This document shows, piece by piece, positions 24,315 through 36,944 of a DNA stretch of 64,000 bases. The stretch lies in assembly GCF_006345805.1 (NCBI RefSeq), contig NC_042998.1:205840001-205904000 (forward strand), given 5' to 3'. The DNA is from Octopus sinensis (Eukaryota). Position 1 is the first letter of the stretch, and each line of letters starts with the position of its first letter. The translations under genes and the position numbers were made by a program. The notes beneath the pieces were generated by a model, which ran no database searches, had not been told where the DNA came from, and saw nothing but the letters and a program-made list of their open reading frames with translations.

Positions 24315-24637
24315 ATATGGAAATTGCAGATGTGTTACCAGTGCCGGTGGCATGTAAGAGAACTTTCCGTTTTGCGACCGTTGCCAGCCTCGCCTGGCAC
24401 ATAAAAAGCACCATCCGTTCGTGGCCGTTTGCCAGCTCTGTCTGGCACCAGTGCGGGTGGCACGTAAAAAGCACCCACTACACTCACGGAGTGGTTGGCG
24501 TTAGGAAGGGCATCCAGCCGTAGAAACACTGCCAGATTTGACTGGGCCTGATGAAGCCTTCTGGCTTCACAGACCCCAGTAGAACCGTCCAACCCATGCT
24601 AGCATGGAAAACGGACGCTAAACGATGATGATGATGA
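24315..24637 (+). mobile_element. RTE LINE 3' UTR fragment
   Basis: gtgccggtggca sub-repeats, cacccactacactc..ggcgttaggaagggcatcc, and a (GAT)n tail. Confidence 0.8.
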
Positions 24638-25248
24638 TATATATATACACACACACACGCACAAACACAGACTAATCCGTAGTAGTCTGTCATAGCAATC
24701 ATTGGAATATGCAGGCAGAGCATACTTAGTGCTTAGAGATAGCTTATATATGAAAATAAGAGAGGATGGTCACAGCTTGAATTCTTCTGGTCAGTCTAGT
24801 TGATCAGAACCAAACAATAACAACAATTAACAATAATGACACACACACAAGGCAATTGTTGGGGTAAAAGGGGTAGAAAACTAGTGAACAACACTCCAAA
24901 ATTGCTATCTGACCAACAGCTGTTGCAGGGGTTAATACGAGAAGGATTTTCTTATTTTGACAATCTGCTGACCACCTCTACTCTTAGGAGAATGAAAAAG
25001 TAAAAAGAATCAACAATGTCCACAATAACAGGAAAGTGAGTATGAGCATCAATGATGAAATGAGACAAGAAATTTTAATTGAAATTACTTTGCTAGTCAT
25101 GAGGACAACGATTAATTAATTAAAGGATTCTGATCAAAAGGAAAGGAAAAAAGCAAGAGAGACAACCATAAAATCCGATATCAGTTAACACAGAATATGG
25201 TGGCAAGTGAGTGTGAGGTTTAGTAGTTGTGTAATATTGTCATGTGAC

Positions 25249-25425
25249 GGCGCGTGGCTTAGTGGTTAGGGCATTCGGCTCATGATCGTAAGGTTGTGAG
25301 TTCGATTCCCGGCGACGCGTTGTGTCCTTGAGCAAGACACTTTATTTCACGCTGCTCCAGTCCACTCAGCTGGCAAAAATGAGTTGTACTTGTATTTCAA
25401 AGGGTCAGTCTTGTCACTCTCTGTG
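25249..25425 (+). mobile_element. tRNA-derived SINE, family 3
   Basis: A-box tggcttagtgg and B-box gagttcgattccc, followed by ttgtgtccttgagcaagacactt; no tRNA 3' acceptor strand. Decayed minus-strand copy at ~30590-30800. Confidence 0.75.
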
Positions 25426-26055
25426 TCACTCTTTTAAAGGCATCTCTATTGCAAAGTCCACACATAGCACACCGTTATCACAACAACAACATCACTCCTT
25501 TTAATTGTCATCATCATTGTTTAACATGTTTTCCATAATGGCATGGGTTGGATGGTTTGACAGGAGCTGTCCAGACTCCAGCTGCCCGTTGTGGCCATGG
25601 TTTCTATGGCTGGACGAGGCCCTTTCTAATGCCAACCACTTTACAGAGTGTACCAAATGCTTTTTACATGGCACTGGCACAAGGCAAAGGACAAGCCTGT
25701 ATCTATGGACAACTGCAATTTTAATCAGCTCAATGCGCCTTCTCAAGTACAGCAAATTGCCACAACTCCCAGTCTCTTGCCATTTCTTCAGTGAGGTTCA
25801 GCATCTGAAGAGCCTTTCTCACATCTTCCAGAGCCTACCTCTTCCACAGGTTCCCTCCACAATTAGAAATAGTTCTTTAACCCTCCATCAAACCTAATGA
25901 CCACTCCAACCACCAGCATAATGTATTTAAGATCACATTATCCAAAGTCTTTCAAGTTTGGAGGAGGGCAGAGGGTATGATTTCTTGCAGAATTGTATGT
26001 AGACATTCTCTCTTACATTTATCATCTGCTTTTCTATGTTGGAATGTGTTGGTCA

Positions 26056-26266
26056 GTTTAGTTAGTTAGTTAGTTAATTTTTTGGCTCAAACAGCAAAAA
26101 GCAAGGCCATGTAGGGGGACATGGAGTTATGTACAGGGTGGTGTTCATGAAAAGAGTTCAGGCCACTTGTGGTCAAGGGAGACTTTGAACCGAGCGGTCG
26201 TTGGCGTCTTCACCATCTCGTCCGGCAGCTTATTCCACGGATCCGCAACCCGGACGGAGAAAGCCC
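26056..26266 (-). mobile_element. CR1-clade LINE 3' end
   Basis: Minus strand AFSVRVADPWNKLPDEMVKTPTTARFKVSLDHKWPELFS* and an (AACT)n tail. Confidence 0.75.
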
Positions 26267-27301
26267 GTAATGCCACATGCTGCCACAAGCCTGTGAGACT
26301 CAATATGTGTTAGTTTAGTAATGTCCTATGTTGCTACAGGTCTGTTAGACCCAATATCTCAACCAAGATATTTATGTTAAAATTCATACTGTGATGGTGA
26401 CCCCTCAGTTTATTCCAGGCATAGCTGCATGGTTTAAGAAGCTTGCTTTTCAACCATATGGTTTTGGATTTAGCCCCTTTGCACAGCACCTCGGGCATGT
26501 GTCTTCAACAATAATTCCAGGCCAACCAATGTTTTGTGAGGGAGCTAGGTCAATGGAAAATGTATAGAAGCCCATCGTATCTATGTGTGTGTGTCTTTGT
26601 GTTTGTCTCACCACCACTGCTTGACTAGTGCTGGTTTGTTTACATCCTCGTAACTTAGCTATTCAGCAATAGAAACCGTTAGAAAGCAAAAAAAATAAAT
26701 AAATAATGGGGTTGATTTGTTTGACTAAAAATCCTTCAAGGTGGTGCTCCGGCGTGGCCGCAGTTCAATAACTGAAACAAGTGAAAGAGAAAGGTAAGTT
26801 GTTTAGTTCCAAGGCAGCTCCGATTGGGGAGAACTATGATCAAAAGTGTTCCAAACAGGACCATCCAGCCTTTCTTTTGGTCAGACATCCAGTTATTGGC
26901 TCATGCCTAAAATGTTGTCAATATGATGACAGACGAAGTTTAACCCACGAACCATTGTACAGCATGGAAAACTTTAATATGAACAGGGTTTGGTTTTTTT
27001 TCTATGATCATCACAATTTATCTATCGAAGGGTTTGAGTCTATGTAAACAAATTACTTTTGAAAAGAAAGTTTTAAAAAAACATTTTATATACACACACA
27101 CACTCACGGTGTGTGCGTGAAGAAATATTAGAAACTGGCGATGATGGGGGAAAACATAAGTTTGTACAGACGTTGTTAGAAAGTCTGTGCGGAGTTCAAA
27201 ATTCACCTCTGGACGATATATTCCAACTACCGAGGGTCAACCATACCAATAATAGTAGAATCAATATTATACACAACCGATGCGTCCAATAAAACTTCTT
27301 G

Positions 27302-27302
<1 letters not shown>

Positions 27303-27352
<50 letters not shown>
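27303..27352. repeat. (TA)n microsatellite
   Basis: About 25 perfect TA units. Confidence 0.95.
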
Positions 27353-27358
<6 letters not shown>

Positions 27359-28110
27359 TTTTTAACTCGGTGAAAGGAAAGATACTTGTTTTGTATCTCA
27401 GCAATGACACAGAGCGAAGTTGTTGGTGTCGCCATTTCAATTGGATTCCTGTGTTTTTCTTGCTGACGAAATGTCGTCTCCCGAGTAACATCAGTCATAC
27501 AAATGTGGATCGATTGATCAGATAAGAATGAATAAGTATTAACAGTGTTAATAGCTCAGTCAGCTGAAGCGAAGCTTTGATTGCCTTAAGTGGGGTTGCA
27601 TGGCCAGGGACCCCAATTGCTAAACATTATTCAACTCCTTTGAATCATGAAGGCTAGTCTCGATAAGACGGCGTGAAAGGCGTTTGACATAGTTATTAAG
27701 TATAATAATAAAATCGGTGGTGGTGTATTGCCTTTCAGTAGTCAGATGTACACGTACATAGGAGAGCAACGAAAGCCGAGTCAACCATTACGCAGTCGTA
27801 CATGTTAAAAATAGCAGCCAAATCTCTTTCAAATCACACCTTTATTCTCTTAGGAAAGAACATGTTGTTGTGTTGGGTGGTCCTGGTAGAATTGTCTCAG
27901 GTGAAATATACGTTTTATTTGAGCAGATCTGACCAGGGCGGATTCGGTTCTAAATATACATAACATATTGTATTGCTTGCGGCGATGACTCAAATATTTC
28001 AGTTAATAACGAGGAGGAGCCTTCCCTATTGGAAATGTAATGACAAGTATTATTATTGCCTCAACAAATACGCCATCAAATAAATACACAGCATTTACAA
28101 TGTACGTCTG

Positions 28111-28172
<62 letters not shown>

Positions 28173-28764
28173 GATCGACTACTGTAGCAAAACATAAATA
28201 GATGCCGATACAGCCTTTCACTACACTGATATGTCAGGTAAAATAATATATTATTCTTTAAAAAAAACAAAACAAAAAGGCCGTGCTGTGGTGTTGTGAA
28301 GTTCATGCCTTTCCCGTGACTAATTAGAAACTGTTGAAGAGAAGACAGCAACCACTGATTGATATAATTTCTGTTTATTAATACTTAACGCCAGCACGAA
28401 GGGAGGAACCCACATTTTACTGTTCATTTATTTGTCCATTTTTCGCAAATAAATTAAGGAGAGAAGAAACGGGTGGATTTCTCAGAGAAACTAAATAAAA
28501 ACATTGTAGTTTCAACAGATAGACAGAGGACAAATAATAGGGATTGCTATTATTGCTATTATCATAGTAAAAATAGTGCAATGGACGGGAATGTTGTAAA
28601 TAAAAGCCATGACATAGAAATAAATATCGTGGTTGGGGGAAAAGACATTAGGAAACAATTCTTATGAAATGTGTTGGTTGAGAGTAATGGCAAGGAAAAA
28701 TATGTAAAGGATGGGTGAAAGAGGAGATGAGGAGGTTAATAAAGATGAAGTGTGGCTTTGTTAC

Positions 28765-28953
28765 CTCTCTGTCCTTTAAACCGAGCAATAAGACCTCTTC
28801 CATGAGAGTTAATCGGGTTTCTTTGGAGTCGTGGTCGAGTTCGTCTTCGTCGATTTGGCGATTCTCGCTTTGCTCGTCCGGATCGCAGAATTCAGACGAA
28901 TTGATGTTCTTGCGTTGAACCAGGCCAGCATTTCTCTGGGTTCGCGAAGCCAT
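28765..28953 (-). CDS. GOLPH3: Golgi phosphoprotein 3, coding exon 1 (63 codons); later exons not found in the window
   Basis: MASRTQRNAGLVQRK...DSKETRLTLMEEVLLLGLKDRE, the GOLPH3/Vps74 signature; phase-0 donor GAG|GTAACA at 28765/28764. Confidence 0.92.
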
Positions 28954-29715
28954 CACAAACTCGAATAAGTTTGTATTTACCTATATCCTGCAGTCTGTAA
29001 TCAGCGAAATCAATGGTAATATTGTGATGTTTCCTCCTCACCAGTTCGCCTCGTTCGAGCACAATGGCCGCCACCAGTGACGTAGTAGGGGGGGGGGACA
29101 CCAGCCACACTAAATTGATAATAAAACGACCAAAGAAATACAAATAAACTTCTAGGGATTCCTTCAATGGACTTCTTTTCAATAATATATTCCCCGTAAA
29201 ACTATACATCAAAAAATAAAATTATCTAAGCTTTTTTTAGGTCATGATAGTTGACATTAGAAGCATTTCAAGCCAAACCTACATCAACAGTCCATTACGA
29301 GCCAAAGGGTGGGAAGAGAAATTGTGACGGTGTCAATTCCGGATTTTATATAAACTTCTTATTAAAATAGAAAACAGAAATTTTCGTTTCGGTGCTGGAA
29401 ATGTTTTCGTTTCGGTTCAATCACTGGTTGCAGCAGCACACTTAGACAACGACAGTAAATTTCTTTTCGTTTTTCCATTTGTCAATAAAATAAAATGAAG
29501 CATTTATTTTAGTTTTAACAATTTTTAAAATCCTCGGTACCATGTGCATTTGTTTAGTTAAATGCTTAATTTTATTTTCTTATTCCATTTTCTAAAATTA
29601 TATTTAATCTAATGATAGTATATTTAAATACTCAGCACTTTGTTACTATGGCTACAGCGTCACTAACTTTTTTGACCTTAAACTCTGATTTTCAATATCA
29701 ACAATACTCAGAGTA
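28954..29715. promoter_or_regulatory. Putative bidirectional promoter, GOLPH3 / CFAP161
   Basis: 762 bp between divergent ATGs; YY1-like aatggccgcc (29063-72), CRE-like tgacgta (29078-84), CpG retention, no recognisable transposon. Confidence 0.75.
29642..29655 (-). promoter_or_regulatory. RFX X-box
   Basis: GTAGCCATAGTAAC on the minus strand matches GTHNYY-AT-RRNAAC; 60 nt upstream of the ATG of a ciliary gene. Confidence 0.65.
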
Positions 29716-29787
29716 ATGTGGCACAAAAACGTATACACACCTCCTGTTCGATTAGGAAATTGGTATGAAGATGTTGTTCTCGAAGAG
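29716..29787 (+). CDS. CFAP161: Cilia- and flagella-associated protein 161, exon 1
   Basis: MWHKNVYTPPVRLGNWYEDVVLEE, matching the CFAP161 N-terminus (NVY.P.VRIGNW.EDV.LEE); donor GAG|GTTAGT. Confidence 0.9.
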
Positions 29788-32045
29788 GTTAGTAAAAATA
29801 TTTTTTCTTTCTTTTTTAAGCTTTACTGCCTTTCCTCTTTTTATGATGGGGGAATGTATGTAAAGCTGATTAATTCGATTCTGAGATATGTTATTGGCTT
29901 CTTTCTTTACTGAGCAGAAGATCTTGGATTTATGTATAAAGAAGAATGAAATATTGTGGCTCGTAACTTTCACACAGTGTAACTGAAGTGAGAATCGAAA
30001 CTATATTCAAGATTCGACTCAGCTAAAGCTTGTTTGTTGCCAAGCGACCGACTAATATTTATAAGCCCTTGTTGCCAAATGTATAAGGATGAAGTTATGA
30101 TAGTCGCGTTCGTCTGGCTCAAAACAGCTTTAACGAAATGCATAGACTAAAATGTCCAGGTTTCTTCTCTTGCTTTCACCATCTCAGTAGTCATTACTGT
30201 TTATAAAAGGCCTTAACAATTTACATCCAGAAAACTGAGGTCATGTGTCAGTGGCCCCCTACACCACTCTATTTCCCCTTCTCCGTTTTCTCGCTAATTA
30301 CATCCTATTAGGTAACATCATTCCCAATAACTTCACACACTGAATGAGCAGATTCTGAACCACCACATATAGACTTTTAGGATTCACACGAAGGTTCTTG
30401 TCCACTGGCCACTTTTTTGTACTCATCTATATGGATGCAAATGTGAGACATTATGAGCCATATTAAGCTATTGGAGTCCTTTAATATGCAGTGTCTCTAA
30501 AGAATTCTTTTAGTCTGCTGACCAGATAGGATTATGTACAATAATTGACACTCTGTCAGTTATGACAATGGGGGTCCCAGGCGATCAGATCAACAAAACA
30601 ACCTACTCATGAAGTTAATGTGTACGTGGCTGAGCACTCCACAGACAAATGTAATCTCAACAACTCATTTTTGCCAGCTGAGTGGACTGGCGCAACATGA
30701 AATAAAATGTCTTGCTCAGGGACACAACATACCACCAGGGATTGAACTCACGACTTTACAATCATCAATGGAATATCCTATCCACTAAGCCACTTGCCTT
30801 CACTCTGTATAATGATCGTCCATCTAAACAACACCAGCAGCACTGAATCCACATTATACAGGCATTATCTGAGGCGCCCTGGCCATGTGGTGCATATGTC
30901 TGGCTTGTATCTCTTATAGGATTCTCTGAAATGAGCTGGAGGACTGTGTATGCAGTTCAAAAACCAGTTTCAAGTAAAGTAATATCAACTCTGTAATAGT
31001 ACAAACTGGGGTCCACTTCAGTTGTCTTACTGCAAGAGGGGCATTGAAGATGTGGAGGAGAAATGCTCTTAGCAGGAAGTTCAAGAAATACAAGATTAAT
31101 ATAGATTAATAACAAGTCTTCTCAGTCAAACAGTCCTGTGCCCCATCAGCTACACATTGAAGAATCAGGTAAGAAAAAGTCATCAAAGAATCTACAATTG
31201 AAGAAAAAGTCACCATCGAATTGATAGACAACTGAAGTCACATAAAGGCATCCATGCTGGTGCCTCATAAAAAAAGCACACTGTAAAGCAGTTGGCATTA
31301 GGAAGGACATCCAGCCATTGAAATGTTGCCACAACAGACAATTGGGGCCTGGTGTAACCATCAAACTCATGCCAACATGGAGGACAGACATTAAATGATA
31401 ATGATATGTGTGTATGTATCGTCACCATCATCATCCTCATCATTTAACACCTGTCTTCCATAGTGACATGCTGATTGGAGGTTGGAGGACGACATCATAC
31501 TGCAGTGTCTGCTTCGGCATAGTTTCTATAGCTGCTGCTGCTCGATGCCCTTCTTCTTAACACCAAACGTTTTACTGAGTGGACTGGGCGCTTTATCCAT
31601 GGCACCCACACTAGTGAGTTCACTACCTGGCTTATAAGACAAAGATCCCTTTGATTCGGTGGGCCTATAACAGAGAGGGAGATGAATTTGTTAGATGTTG
31701 AGAGTTGAAATATGAAAGAAGGGACAAGAACAAGTTTATTGTAAACATGGCTCTACACAAGATTGGGATTCAAAGTGGATTTGGTAAGAGAGATAAAGAT
31801 GGACGTGATGTGGTTGGTGGATAATTGAAGTGAAGGAGAGGGATTGAAGGATGTCAGAAATGGAAGAGTGAACTAACAGAAAGGAGGAGGGGCCATTGGT
31901 GGAGACGGGGGCAGCAACAGTGGTGGTGATCATTAGGGTGAAAGATGTATGTTGCAATCCCTCCCTACTCCAGCATCATAATTTGGAGAGATAGAGAAGG
32001 AAGTACAAGATAATATATATGGATGGATTTATCTACATACATATA

Positions 32046-32865
32046 CAGGGTGTGATGGGTAAATTGTCACCATTTTATATTATTAATTTCGCACAAACAC
32101 ATTATAGGTTTTTGATATGCAATTAACTCTGCCAGAAATTTGGAAACAACATACTGTACTGCTTGGTATTCATGCTGGAAGCTCCAATATGAACATTTCA
32201 AAATATTTGGGTGTTGATCTGTATGTTTGCCATGTCCCCAAAACATGTACTGAGAGTAATAAAATTCAAACATCCAGTTAACATCATGGTGTTTTGGAGT
32301 GATTATTAGTAATGGCAACGTTATGCCTCCATTCATCTTCCCATGTGACCTCAAACTCAACATGGAGGCCTACATCAAGTGCCTGGAGGAGGTAGTGCTG
32401 CCCTAAGTCAAGAGGGTAGCTGCTGGAAGACCCTATGTCTGGTAACAGGACTATGCACTGTGCCACACAAGCAGGAGAAGCCAGTCATGGCTGTCAGATA
32501 ATTTCTGTGATCACACCACCCCTAACATCTGGCCACCTGACTTCCCAGACTGCAATCCCCTTGATTATTATGTGTGGGGTACAGTTGAGTGAGAGATCAA
32601 CAAAACTCCTTGGTAACACCAAAGATGACCTGAAGGCAAGGATTATGGCAGCATTCATCAACTTAAACAAGGAGACCATCCAGGACAGTTGTAGAAGATT
32701 CTGAAGTCATCTGAAAGCTGTGGTTGAAGTCAGTTTATTGAATAAATTTATTCTTTAGTAATTCAAGATATTTTTATGTAATTTTGGTAGATATATCTGT
32801 TAAAATGAGTTGTCAGTGTTATTTTCATTTTTGCATAATTTAGAAAATTTATTCACCACACCCTG
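32046..32865 (+). mobile_element. Internally deleted Tc1/mariner element
   Basis: TIRs cagggtgtg..g.taaatt with TA on both sides; relic QDYALCHTSRRSQSWL..WPPDFPDCNPLDYYVWG. Confidence 0.8.
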
Positions 32866-32939
32866 TATATAGAAAGAATTGGTTCTGGTTCCACATAAAA
32901 AACACCCAGTACACTCTGTAAAGTGATTAGTGTTAGGAA

Positions 32940-35110
32940 GGACATCGAGCTGTAAAAACCAAGCCAAAACAGACAATGTAACCTGGTGCGGCTCCTGTCA
33001 AACCCTCCAGCCTATGCTAGAATGGAAAACAGACATTAAATGATGTTGATGATGATGACGAAAGGTAGATTGTATGATGGTAGTGAGACATGGGCTGTGA
33101 ATGCAGAGGATAGAGAGGAATGAAGTCAGTATGCACCACTGGATGTGCAGCATCAGTGTGCATGAATGACAAAGCACAAATATGTGGAGAGAAAAATTGA
33201 TCATAAGAGGAATTAAATGCAGAATGCAAGAGAAGAGGCTGCATTGTTTTGGACATATGATGTTATGTGAATGAAGACAGCTGTATAAAGAAGTGCTGGT
33301 CACTGAAAATGGATGGTACCTGTGGAAGAGGGAGACCCAGGAAGACATGGGATGAAGTGGTGAAGACTGATCTCAGGATGTTGGGGCTTGTAGAGAAACG
33401 AACAATGGACCAAGATGTCTGGTAGTATGAGTTTCTAGAGAAGACCCACCCACATCAGTAAAACTGAGTTCTTGAAGCGTTGTGTTCCACCCACACATAA
33501 CAATAAAATTTTCACACACCCTACCCCAACAAACCAAACTACATCTCATCTTCCAAACTGCATCTCTTCTCTTCCTCACATTTCCTCTCCATACACTATG
33601 ATTATCTCCCTCTCCCCAATCCTATCCTCACTGCCCTGCTCACTGTATCATTGCTTTCTCCACCCCTTCAATATACCAAGGTTCTCACCAGTCACTGCAT
33701 TCCCCACCCCCAATCCCTCCTTGCACCTTCTTGGCAATATTCTGCCATGTATATTAAGGACCTCCATACCTTGAAGGTATGCCCTGGCACTAGCCATCAT
33801 TTATTTCTCTCTTTCTTACTTTACCATCCTATCTATGATCTAATCCCTGTTCCTTGTGAGTATGCCCTGGCACTTCACCACCATCTCTCTCCTGCTCTTT
33901 CTTACACTCTTGTTGTCACCCATTCTCTCTCTCTCTTTCTCTCTGTCTAGGTAACCATGTATCTTACTTTACAGCAGCACACCTATTTTTGTCTTCATTC
34001 TTGTTAACTCTCTCTCTCTCTCTCTATCTGGCTGGGTAACCATGTACCTCCTCTACAGCAAGACACCTGTTTCTGCCTCTCTGTCACACTCTAACCTTCC
34101 ATCATCTGACACAAAATCACCTCCTCTAATGCCCCCCTCCCCTCTCAAAGATTCTTTGTCTTGATGACCCTGCCAGTACTGGTATCGCATGAAAAGCATC
34201 CAGTCCACATTGTAAAGTGGTTGGCATTTGGAAGGGCATCCAGCTGTAAAAACCATGCCTAAATTGACTTCGTCCATGCTGGTGCCACATAAAAAGCACT
34301 CAGTCCATTCTGCAGGGGGGTTGGTGTTAGGAAGGGCATCCAGTCATAAAAACCCTGCCAAAACAGACACAGAAGTCTGGTGTAGTCTTCTACTTGGCTG
34401 GCTCCTGTCAAACTTTCCAACCCATGCCAGCATGAAAGGTGGATGTTAAACAGTGATGATGATGATGATGATGATGAGATACAGACACACACACACACAC
34501 ATATCACTACCACACTATTTCAACCAGTATTTTGCCCGGCTTATGTGGGAGTTCAAGTCTCAACCCCATTTATCACCAGTTCACATGATCTTATCTCACC
34601 TCCTTCATCAACCATAACATCTTGTAACCATTTTACATCACCTCATCCCAAACCTTCCTTGGACTCCATCTTCCACAGGTACCATTCACTTTGAATGCTC
34701 AGTACTTGCTTATGTAACTGTCCTCTTCCATTCACATCACTTGCCCTTCCTTGCACTGTCCCCTTTCTTTTCAGTAAAACTTTTGTTTTTGCTTACAATA
34801 AACTTCAATTCTAGATTTTATTGCCATGTCTAGAATTTCAGTTTCACTTCTGATTCTGCTATAAGAGCTAAGTCATCAACACATCAGAGTTCCTAAAAGC
34901 AGCTGGTCTTAAATTCATCTAGTATGGCTTGGAGAACTATAATAAATTGGAGGGAGCTGAGAACTGAGCCCTGATAGATCCCTAACTTCACACTAAATAC
35001 TTCATCATTGAACTCATGACTGATTCTCACTTTGTAAACTCTGCCTTCATACATAGCTTGTATGTTGTGCCTCATAAACCATTCATCTATTCCTAGTTTC
35101 GTTAATGACC
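32940..35110. mobile_element. Cluster of old RTE fragments in both orientations
   Basis: GRGRPRKTWDEVVKTDL (+, ~33320); 3' UTR pieces at 34150-34480; GIYQGSVLSSLQFIIVLQAI (-, 34893-35075). Confidence 0.65.
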
Positions 35111-35653
35111 ATCATGCCCCCACTGAGTGAGGGACTATGTGTGTGTATATGTGAATGTGTGTCTGTGTGTGTGTTTATTGTATTAATGTGCTTCATGTTG
35201 CTGGTTTATGTTTTCAAGGATGACATTCTTTGTGTAGTGTTGTTCCCAATTAGTTTACAAATGTCATTTGTGAAATCTCTGTAGATTGAATGCAAGTTTT
35301 CCTTCTTATTATAGAACTTATAGTTTGGGTATAATTTGGAATAGTAGGTATTGGTATTCCAGTAATAAGAATGTTTCCTGAATTATTGCTACATGAATAT
35401 TGTAATAAGAATATCACTTAGTTCTATAAAAGTGTTTTTAATACCATTAGTGTTGTATTGTAGAAGTTATGAGGGGGGTGAGCATAAGCTATTTGTTTTT
35501 TAAAATATTCTGTGTGGACCTGTGACATTGAACAAGGAGATAATGATACTTCCTGTTGTTATTCTTATTGTTCTTTTAAAATGTAATTGGTGATTGTTAG
35601 CATCGAGTGATATTTCTGATGATTTAAATTTTCTTTATTTTTATTTTTTTCAG

Positions 35654-35743
35654 GAAACTATAAAAGATTTCCTGCACAAGAAATCTCAGAATGAACTTTT
35701 GATGCAGAAAACTGCCTTTGTTAAGGAAAAACTTCTCCAACCA
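35654..35743 (+). CDS. CFAP161: CFAP161 exon 2
   Basis: tttttcag|ETIKDFLHKKSQNELLMQKTAFVKEKLLQP|gtaaaa; phase 0-0; matches MKDFLEKRDKGKLLIQR...LLRP. Confidence 0.85.
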
Positions 35744-36944
35744 GTAAAAACATAATTGTTTATACTTTTTCTCCTCTTATGCTTTGTGTAGTAGTGGTGG
35801 TGGTGGTGGTGGTGGTGGTAATGGCAACAGCAGCAGCAGCAGGAGTAGTAGCAAGGAAAGAGGATTCTATTATGTGATGGTAGATGAAAGAAAGAGTTTG
35901 TTAGAGAAGAAATATTCATAAAGAGTTCAGAAGTCCCTCAAAGACAGTATGTCATTGTCTTGTCTAGTATGACACCACATGCATAACAATGGTCTGTATG
36001 TGTGCAGTGTGAGAGTGAAATATAAAATCTGAGAGGCTGCTGCTGCGTAGATGAGAGATAATTCCCCTTGTTGAACGAAACACCAGTTTGTATCTGGTTA
36101 CACTCACAAAAGATCTGGGAACTATTTTCCAATAGTTAAGGGAGGATATAGAGAAATTGTCCTAATATACCATGAAATATTTCTAGTTGGTATCTAGAAA
36201 GATCTGAGCAGTAATTCAATGATATATCCACCCAACATTTTACATCCCTGAGCGGTATGACAGGGTGTGTTCAGTTTGTGTGCAATAGGTTTGAAAGTGG
36301 TCAACAGTAAGGTTTGGTACCAGTAATACTCTGTTCCCTTGATGAAGAATAATAATTAAAAATATTTCCAGAATTGTTCTCAGACTTCTTAAAAACACTA
36401 AACTCAAACCCTACCCATTACTGCCACAACAACCACTGCCATGACCTTCATCTTTAATCAATTTGTATTCCAGTTATCTGCTTTGCTTTTCTTCACAACT
36501 GTTATTAACACTAATGATTGTTCTCTTCATTAAGGAACTTAATTTTAATTGATTAAATGCACATTATGGAAGTCTATCCCCCACATATATGTTCTTTATA
36601 CAGAAGACATCATTCGGAAAATCTCCCAATGCTGGCATTTATCTGGGATGTTTGACGATGGAGTAAAATATTTTGGCTTTCTGAGACAACTATCAGATGT
36701 AAGAACTGTTTAGATGAATGTATGTGTATGCGTGTATGTAAGTGAGTGTGTGCACATGCATGCATGTGTGTGTGTGTGTGTGTGAGAGCGAGTTCTGTTT
36801 TTTAATAATTTAAATTCTTCATCTGAGGAAGGAGCTGCTTTCTAACAAACGTACAAACCTCTGTTGTTGGAATGTAGATAACAAAAACAAGGTCAGATTT
36901 TAAACTCAAACAATGTCTTCATATTTTTTTCTGTTTCACTTTCA

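Noticed and set aside
25249-25325. tRNA gene with a CAT anticodon-like loop
   Set aside because: A and B boxes are present but the acceptor stem does not close and the sequence continues into a SINE body.
27386-27435. Possible first exon of another minus-strand gene (MATPTTSLCVIAEIQN, AA|gtatct) in CpG-rich DNA
   Set aside because: No recognisable homology, a weak donor and no convincing downstream exon; it needs RNA-seq.
28648-28764. Extension of the GOLPH3 ORF past KDRE, and the GTG start at 28956
   Set aside because: Homology ends at a canonical donor, so the extension is intron read-through; the ATG is at 28953.
36816-36915. Second hammerhead-like motif (CTGAGGA ... ctcaaac aat gtc)
   Set aside because: GAAA is incomplete, and the would-be stem I strands are identical (ttcat) rather than complementary.
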